A DNA stretch of 32,000 nucleotides, from the NCBI RefSeq assembly GCF_008065095.1, contig NZ_CP042911.1:1110001-1142000 (forward strand). Direction: 5' to 3'. The stretch is from Gemmata obscuriglobus. GTDB lineage: Bacteria > Planctomycetota > Planctomycetia > Gemmatales > Gemmataceae. Position 1 is the first letter of the stretch. Each line of letters begins with the position of its first letter. Shown piece by piece: positions 27,801 through 32,000 of the stretch. The position numbers and the translations under genes are program-made. The notes beneath the pieces are model-generated. The model made no database searches. It was given only the letters and a program-made list of their open reading frames with translations, and had not been told where the DNA came from.

Positions 27801-29758
27801 GCATCGCGGGGGATTCTAACCTCGGGGCCGGAACGGTGACACTGGGCGCCGGTGCAACCTTTGAGGTCACCGCGGCGGGCACGGTCGACAACGCCGTCAC
27901 CCTGGCCGGCGCCGCAACGCTTCGCACCACCGCCGACGTGCTGCTGTCCGGTGTCGTCGGCGGCGCGTTCGCGCTGACCAAGTCCGGAACCGGAACGCTC
28001 ACGCTGTCCGCCGCGAACACGCACAGCGGGGCGTTCACCGTCGGGGCCGGGGCGGTGTACGTGACCGGCACCCTCGCGAGTTCGGCCGTCACCGTGAGCG
28101 CGGGCGGGTTGCTCGGCGGGACCGGAACCGTGTCCGGGCCGGTGACCGCGGCCGGCACGGTGGCGGCCGGCGTGGCGGGCGCGGGCGTGCTCACGCTCTC
28201 CGGCGGGGTCACGTTCCCGGGCGGCGGCACGGCCGCGGTCGAGCTGAACGGCACCGCCCCCGGCACCGGGTACGATCAGGTGGGCAGCGGGCCGGTCGAT
28301 CTGACGGGCGCGACACTTTCCGCCGTGCTCGGGTTCACCCCGGCCGGCGGGACGAGCTTCGTCGTCATCAACAACGCCAGCGGTTCGCCGGTCACCGGGA
28401 CGTTCAGCGGGTTGCCCGAAGGGGCGACGGTCACGATCGGCGGGGTGCCGTTCGCCGTCAGCTACGCCGGCGGCGACGGGAACGACGTGACCCTCACGGC
28501 CGCGGCGGCCGCGGCGGCCCCGGCGGTGTCGATCGGGGACGTGACCGCGAGCGAAGGCGCGGACGGGCTCGCCGCGTTCGTGTTCACGGTGCGCCTGTCG
28601 GCGGCGAGCCTCGTGCCGGTCACGGTCACGTACACCACGGCCGCCGGCACCGCCGGGGCGGGCACCGACTTCGTACCGGTCACCGGCACCCTGGTCTTCG
28701 CGCCGGGCGTCACGGAACTGACGGTTTCGGTCGGCGTGGTCGGCGACCCGGTGCCGGAACCGGACGAGCGGTTCACAGTGGTGCTCACGGGGGTGACGAA
28801 CGCGACCGTCGGCCGCGGCGCCGCCACCGGCACCATCGCCAACGACGACCCGCCGCGGATCGTGATCGGGGTCGGCACCAGCGGCGCGACGGCCGGCATC
28901 GTCCAGCCGGTGAACCCGCTCACGGGCGTGCTGGGCGACCCGGTCCGGCCGTATGAGGGGTACGCCGGGGACGTGCGGGTGTCGTCCGGGGACATGGACG
29001 GGGACGGGCTCGTCGACATGATCACCGGCGCCGGCCCGGGGCCGATGGGCGGGCACGTGAAGGTGATCGACGGGCGGACCGGCGCCGAGCGGTTCAGCTT
29101 CCTGGCGTTCGAGGGGTTCCGCGGCGGGGTGCAGGTGTCGTCGGGGGACATCGACGGGGACGGGCACGACGACATCATCGTGGCGGCGGACGCGGGCGCG
29201 GTCCCGCACGTGAAGGTGTTCAGCGGGCGCGACGGGTCGCTGCTGCGGAGCTTCCTGGCCTACGACGCCGGGTTCCGCGGCGGGGTGCGGGTGTCCGCGG
29301 CGGACATCGACGGGGACGGGCTCGACGACATCGTGACCATGAGCGGCGCGGGGTCGGCGCCGCACGTGCGGGCGTTCGGCGGGCGCGACGGGGGCGTCCT
29401 GATCAGCACGCTGGTGGCGGGCCGCCCGACCGGGGGGCTGTACGTCGCGGCCGGCGACCTCGACGGGGACGGGTACGCCGAGGTGGTGACCGGGTCCGGG
29501 GTCGGCGACCCGCCGGTCGTGAACGTGTACGGCGGCCGGGGCGGCGCGCTGGAGCGGAGCTTCCTGGCGTACCTGGCGGGGTTCGTGGGCGGGGTGCGGG
29601 TGGGGGTGGAAGAGATCGACGGGCGGGCGATGATCCTGACCGGCGCCGGCCCGGGCGCGGGGCCGCACCTGTGCGCGTTCGGGGCCGCCGGCGGCGACCC
29701 GCCGCTGAGCATGTTCGTCGGCCCCACCAGCGTCCATGGCGGGGTGTACGTGGGCTGA
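24878..29758 (+). CDS. giant surface/secreted protein (1626 aa): N-terminal LEDRxVP motif, beta-rich domain, DUF11-like repeat, autotransporter-associated beta-strand (PATR) repeats, Calx-beta domain, FG-GAP/VCBS beta-propeller repeats
   Basis: GGAGG lies 10 nt upstream of the ATG. PATR units read GAGTLTLSG.NSY.G.TTVTGGTL. The Calx-beta-like segment runs VSIGDVTASEG...DERFTVVLTGVTNATV...GTIANDD. There are at least five copies of a D[IM]DGDG...VTG.G....PHVKVF.GRDG...SFLAY FG-GAP-type repeat. GC3 is very high throughout. Confidence 0.92.
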   Translation: MPFRPTVERLEDRTVPALVAQRGDFLMIGNTLAQDAGPGVVAPVVGTVGATGTNTNDTAPDVYWRADDPTAGAAAANTSITVAQARTTAVLTVPAGATVTHAFLYWAGTGTADATAALERPGVFTQGVTASATYTAALNGLAYMGVADVTALVQQYGSGAYRVSDVSALSLTNVNNSSLFAGWSLVVVYARSSDPFRTFFISDQLNQVLNGGSTTVALNGFTVSSPGGRLGVIAFDGDDSLSGDGLSVNGVALSNANNPANNVFNSTRTNDGAVSSDPGDLPRLTGGPRSMSGVDIDTFDLAGALASGQTQATAEATTTNDSYLVGPLILAINSFAPEFGPSTLTATDLNGGALLPGDVVSYTVSVQNQGDDASLGSALAAALPADVTYVPGSLQILSGANAGPQTDAAGDDPGTYDPVARTVSVNLGVGAGAGGGGRLGIAETTTVTFQVVVNAGATQVVMPVTVTGAGETGTTPVSTTLTSTLAVSQNATPALTDLDGDTVPWAGVGSTVRPDAGTALTAADADLEALNGGLGDWAGAALTVRRSGTAVLTDVFGFDPAGALFAVNGNALEAGGQAFATFTAAAGVLTVAFTSSGTAATTALVRDVLRRVTYRNDTPAGDAPLVYDLSDGIVSAVATVTITSDEIYVNDAGDAADADRNTVTLREAAAVAAAQPGAQTVRFVSAAFAAPQTVTLGSALALDAGLTLDAGNAAGVTVTGAAVQLGGALTYVAGAGDSDTLASAITGAGTLAKTGAGTLTLSGTNSYTGGTTVTGGTLSVTDGANLGTGPVTLAGGTTLEVTGAGTLANTVTGAGALTKTGAGTLTLSGANSYGATTVTGGTLSITDGANLGTGAVSLAGGTTLEVTGAGTLSNAVTGAGALVKSGAGTLTLSGTNTYTGGTAVTGDTLSITDGANLGTGAVSLAGGTTLEVTGAGTLSNAVTGAGTLAKTGAGTLTLSGTNSYGATTVTAGTLSIAGDSNLGAGTVTLGAGATFEVTAAGTVDNAVTLAGAATLRTTADVLLSGVVGGAFALTKSGTGTLTLSAANTHSGAFTVGAGAVYVTGTLASSAVTVSAGGLLGGTGTVSGPVTAAGTVAAGVAGAGVLTLSGGVTFPGGGTAAVELNGTAPGTGYDQVGSGPVDLTGATLSAVLGFTPAGGTSFVVINNASGSPVTGTFSGLPEGATVTIGGVPFAVSYAGGDGNDVTLTAAAAAAAPAVSIGDVTASEGADGLAAFVFTVRLSAASLVPVTVTYTTAAGTAGAGTDFVPVTGTLVFAPGVTELTVSVGVVGDPVPEPDERFTVVLTGVTNATVGRGAATGTIANDDPPRIVIGVGTSGATAGIVQPVNPLTGVLGDPVRPYEGYAGDVRVSSGDMDGDGLVDMITGAGPGPMGGHVKVIDGRTGAERFSFLAFEGFRGGVQVSSGDIDGDGHDDIIVAADAGAVPHVKVFSGRDGSLLRSFLAYDAGFRGGVRVSAADIDGDGLDDIVTMSGAGSAPHVRAFGGRDGGVLISTLVAGRPTGGLYVAAGDLDGDGYAEVVTGSGVGDPPVVNVYGGRGGALERSFLAYLAGFVGGVRVGVEEIDGRAMILTGAGPGAGPHLCAFGAAGGDPPLSMFVGPTSVHGGVYVG
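27113..27900 (+). repeat. four tandem 195-198 bp intragenic repeats (65-66 aa PATR double units)
   Basis: Unit starts (ACCGGCGCCGG...) are at 27113, 27311, 27506 and 27704. Units 2 and 3 differ by only a few bases over more than 100 nt. Units 1 and 4 share an identical 5' segment (ACCGGCGCCGGAACGTTAGCCAAAACGGGCGCCGG). Confidence 0.9.
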
Positions 29759-29765
29759 GGCTAAG

Positions 29766-29816
29766 AGTCGCAAGTCGGCAAGTCGCAAGTCGCAAGTCGC
29801 AAGTCGCCAAGTCGTG
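29766..29816. repeat. heptanucleotide tandem array (AGTCGCA) x about 7
   Basis: The array reads AGTCGCA AGTCGGCA AGTCGCA AGTCGCA AGTCGCA AGTCGCCA AGTCGTG. It starts 8 nt after the TGA of the giant gene. Confidence 0.9.
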
Positions 29817-30032
29817 TCTGTTTCTTGTGGCACAGACATTCCTGTCTGTGCGACGCGAGAAGACCACACAGACGAAGACAAAAGCAACTCTGGCACCAAC
29901 CACCCGCCGGCCGACGCCGGCGGTTCGACGAGCCTTGGCGCCTCCCCTCTTGCTGCGCGCCTCGCCGCCCGGCATACTTGACCGGCGTCGGCCCAACGGG
30001 GTGTCTCGTTACTCATACGTGAACCCGCAATG

Positions 30033-30125
30033 GGTGTCGCCTTTCTTGACGAGCCGCGACCGCCAGGGAGCGGTGCCACGTACCCCGCTCCCTGGCGGTC
30101 GCGGCTCGTCAAGAAAAGCGACACC
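30033..30125. repeat. 93-nt near-perfect palindrome (41-bp arms, 11-nt loop)
   Basis: The arm 30033-30073 (GGTGTCGCCTTTCTTGACGAGCCGCGACCGCCAGGGAGCGG) pairs with 30085-30125, with one mismatch. It lies 65 nt upstream of the GTG at 30191. Confidence 0.9.
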
Positions 30126-30190
30126 ACCACCGAGCACATGTATCAGAGCGGGCGCCGACAACCCGACCGCCGCACGAGGACATCGCTCAC

Positions 30191-30715
30191 GTGAAGAAGC
30201 TACTACTTGGGCCGGCGGTGTTTTGCTTGTTGACGACCGGGTGCGGGGGATGCCTCGGGAAGCCGTCCGCCGGGAGCTATGACCTGGTCGTGGGCGCCCA
30301 GACAACGACACTGCCGGCCTACGACGACCCCGTGCTCATTCAGAACGACATCCTTTCCCATCTCAAACCGCTCTGGGACAACCTGCAATCCGGGGAATCG
30401 GTCACGTTCTACTGCACGCGAAACACACTCTTCCAGCTCGGGGCCAGCGGCAACGAGATCGAGAGCGAACGCCGTGGCGCCATCCCGGTGACCGTAACAA
30501 CGCCTTCGTTCAGGTTCTTCAAGGACAGGCACGGCACGAACGGGCTGGAGCAAGCCGAGCCGGACCGGCCCCCCTCGCCGATGATATCGGGCGCCGACCT
30601 CAAGTGGACCGTCGTCGAGCAGTACCTTCGGGCCGGTGCGCTCAGCACCCAGAAGGTTCGTGAGCTGCTGCAAGGCGGTTGGGGCGATCCGGTGAACGCG
30701 CCCGGCGGCAAGTAG
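30191..30715 (+). CDS. hypothetical lipoprotein
   Basis: GTG start. The signal peptide and lipobox are MKKLLLGPAVFCLLTTGC. The third-position bias is better than in the overlapping antisense ORF 30203..31048. G+C is lower than in core genes. Confidence 0.58.
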   Translation: MKKLLLGPAVFCLLTTGCGGCLGKPSAGSYDLVVGAQTTTLPAYDDPVLIQNDILSHLKPLWDNLQSGESVTFYCTRNTLFQLGASGNEIESERRGAIPVTVTTPSFRFFKDRHGTNGLEQAEPDRPPSPMISGADLKWTVVEQYLRAGALSTQKVRELLQGGWGDPVNAPGGK

Positions 30716-31135
30716 TTGTTCAACGCACTCACGTCGCGAACTCCGCGCAAGCCCGCGCGACCGGAGCCGTCGTTCCGTCCGCCCTTGAGCCGCGCCCCGG
30801 TGCAACGCCACCTCGGCCCGTCCACGGTGTGCGGTGCCATCAGATAGATGGGGGCCGTGCCAAGTACGCCGCGCGGCTGTAACGGGGGTTACACCGAATC
30901 CGGTGGCTCCAGGTGTGCGGCAGGCAACGGGCTGCCTCTGTGGAGCGCGGCCGTCCCGGCCGCCTGGCGACGCACACGAATACGGTACGCGCGCGTCTCC
31001 AGTTCCTCGGCGGAAAGCGGACGGGACGAGCTGTTGGCGCGCAGCCACTCGCCGGCGGCGATCAGGGACGCCAGCACGACCACCGGGGCAGCAACTTGCG
31101 GAAGATGACTCCCCTCAAAGCGTCTGGCGCGCCCA

Positions 31136-31522
31136 TTACCCGGTGACCGCGGCTACGACCGCACCGGCGGCGCGGAGCGCGTCGGCGGCAGGCTTGCACA
31201 CGGCCGCGAGGCTGTCGAGCCAGCGGGTCACGCGCCCCGGGCGCGCGGGGTCGGGGTCGGTCTTCTTCACCTCGTCCTGAATCTTTCCGACCGTGCCGGC
31301 GGCATCGGCGCGGTCCGGTTCGGCGAGCGTCGCCTGCTTGAGTTCCGCCAGGGCCTTCGTGACCGCGGCCGTGAGGTCGCCCGGCGACGTCTGCGCCGCC
31401 TGAGTCACGTGCGCGATGATCTGTTCCGCGGTGACGCTCGCGCCGCGGCCGATCGCGGACCCGACCACGGTCCCCGAAACGGTGAACGTGTCGCCGCCGG
31501 TGTTCTTGGGCTCGTCGGACAT
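31136..31522 (-). CDS. hypothetical protein (128 aa)
   Basis: ATG at 31522 (MSDEPKNTGG...) has AGGAG about 8 nt upstream. GC3 is good. The upstream 90 codons of the ORF-track entry run through a C/G-tract repeat element and are unlikely to be coding. Confidence 0.55.
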   Translation of the reverse strand: MSDEPKNTGGDTFTVSGTVVGSAIGRGASVTAEQIIAHVTQAAQTSPGDLTAAVTKALAELKQATLAEPDRADAAGTVGKIQDEVKKTDPDPARPGRVTRWLDSLAAVCKPAADALRAAGAVVAAVTG

Positions 31523-31550
31523 CGGAACGGCTCCTGAAGGTGAGTGCGGT

Positions 31551-31726
31551 GAAGAACCCCTCCCCAACCCCTCCTCCATGCTCGCCGGTCCTGTCAGCAG
31601 AGCTTCCCGCGGACCGGCGGAGAAGGGAGGGGCTTCAAGCCACTGCGCACCGATTCCGCATCGGAAGCGCGGTTGCTTTGCTCCCCCTCTCTTCTTAGGA
31701 GAGGGGGTTAGGGGGAGAGGTTCTTC
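31551..31726. repeat. 176-bp element bounded by imperfect C-tract/G-tract inverted repeats (MITE/REP-like)
   Basis: The left arm 31551-31577 is GAAGAACCCCTCCCCAACCCCTCCTCC. The reverse complement of the right arm 31698-31726 is GAAGAACCTCTCCCCCTAACCCCCTCTCC. The right arm also forms a local hairpin, CCCCCTCTC-N7-GAGAGGGGG, at 31683-31707. Confidence 0.45.
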
Positions 31727-31891
31727 GCCCCGCGGACCAGCCGACACGTCGTTACGATCGTACCCGCCGGCGCCCCCGCGCCCAAGGCTCACCGGTGTTA
31801 ATTCTCACAGCGCGAGATCGCGCACCGGGCGCTTGCGTTCGCACCGCCGTTCGGCCAGCATGGGCGAATCATTCCTCTGAGGGTTCGCCCG

Positions 31892-32000
31892 ATGGCCAAG
31901 AAGAAGAAGCCGAAAGCCGCTGCCAAGCCAAAACCGAAACCGAATTCCCTACCAAAGCTACCGGAGAGCGAGAACCCGGACGCCATCCCACCCGGGTTCA
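31892..32000 (+). CDS. possible 5' end of a gene with a Lys/Pro-rich N-terminus (runs off the window)
   Basis: The ATG at 31892 opens a frame (MAKKKKPKAAAKPKPKPNSLPKLPESENPDAIPPGF) that stays open to the end of the window. The antisense 62-aa ORF 31798..31986 looks like its shadow. Support is weak. Confidence 0.3.
   Translation, partial: MAKKKKPKAAAKPKPKPNSLPKLPESENPDAIPPGF

Noticed and set aside
24548-30139. 833-aa and 806-aa minus-strand ORFs (24548..27049, 27719..30139) opposite the giant gene
   Set aside because: They are antisense shadows of a highly repetitive GC-rich gene with Arg/Gly/Asp-rich nonsense composition. The second also runs through the palindrome and the heptamer array.
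30203-31048. 281-aa minus-strand ORF overlapping the lipoprotein gene
   Set aside because: It is mostly antisense to 30191..30715, which has a lipobox signal peptide and better third-position bias. Its product is Arg/Gly/Pro-rich.
30889-31083. 64-aa minus-strand ORF downstream of the 128-aa gene
   Set aside because: The first roughly 40 codons have coding-like GC3. However, it has a GTG start, no recognisable RBS, no motif and a short length, so it was left unannotated. It might be a real small gene.

Overview
This is a very GC-rich window with dense spurious ORFs in all six frames. Real genes were picked by high GC3, GGAGG-type ribosome-binding sites and recognisable protein motifs. The content looks like a Planctomycetota chromosome, Gemmataceae-like. 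The markers are a DUF1559/H-X9-DG pseudopilin-like protein, an ECF sigma factor fused to a TM helix and a beta-propeller, and a giant PATR/Calx-beta/FG-GAP surface protein that starts with an LEDRxVP motif.

Housekeeping or recognisable genes:
- MBL-fold hydrolase (5' partial)
- MFS transporter
- CaCA-type Na+/Ca2+ exchanger
- Tat-dependent PhoD phosphatase
- GIY-YIG nuclease
- Ser/Thr kinase with a polytopic membrane C-terminus
- asnS
- priA
- one complete IS4-like insertion sequence

Accessory or uncharacterised content:
- A divergent pair made of the membrane-tethered ECF sigma and a secreted, internally duplicated ORFan, with an ECF-like promoter motif (GGAAC-N17-CGTT) in front of the ORFan.
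- An islet of four small ORFan or membrane genes with lower GC3.
- A DUF1559-lipoprotein pair.
- Several non-coding elements: a 141-bp hairpin unit duplicated in tandem, a heptanucleotide array, a 93-nt near-perfect palindrome, a C/G-tract element bounded by inverted repeats, and near-identical 195-198 bp tandem repeats inside the giant gene.

No rRNA gene, tRNA gene or CRISPR array was found. All family assignments come from motif recognition by eye; no database search was run.
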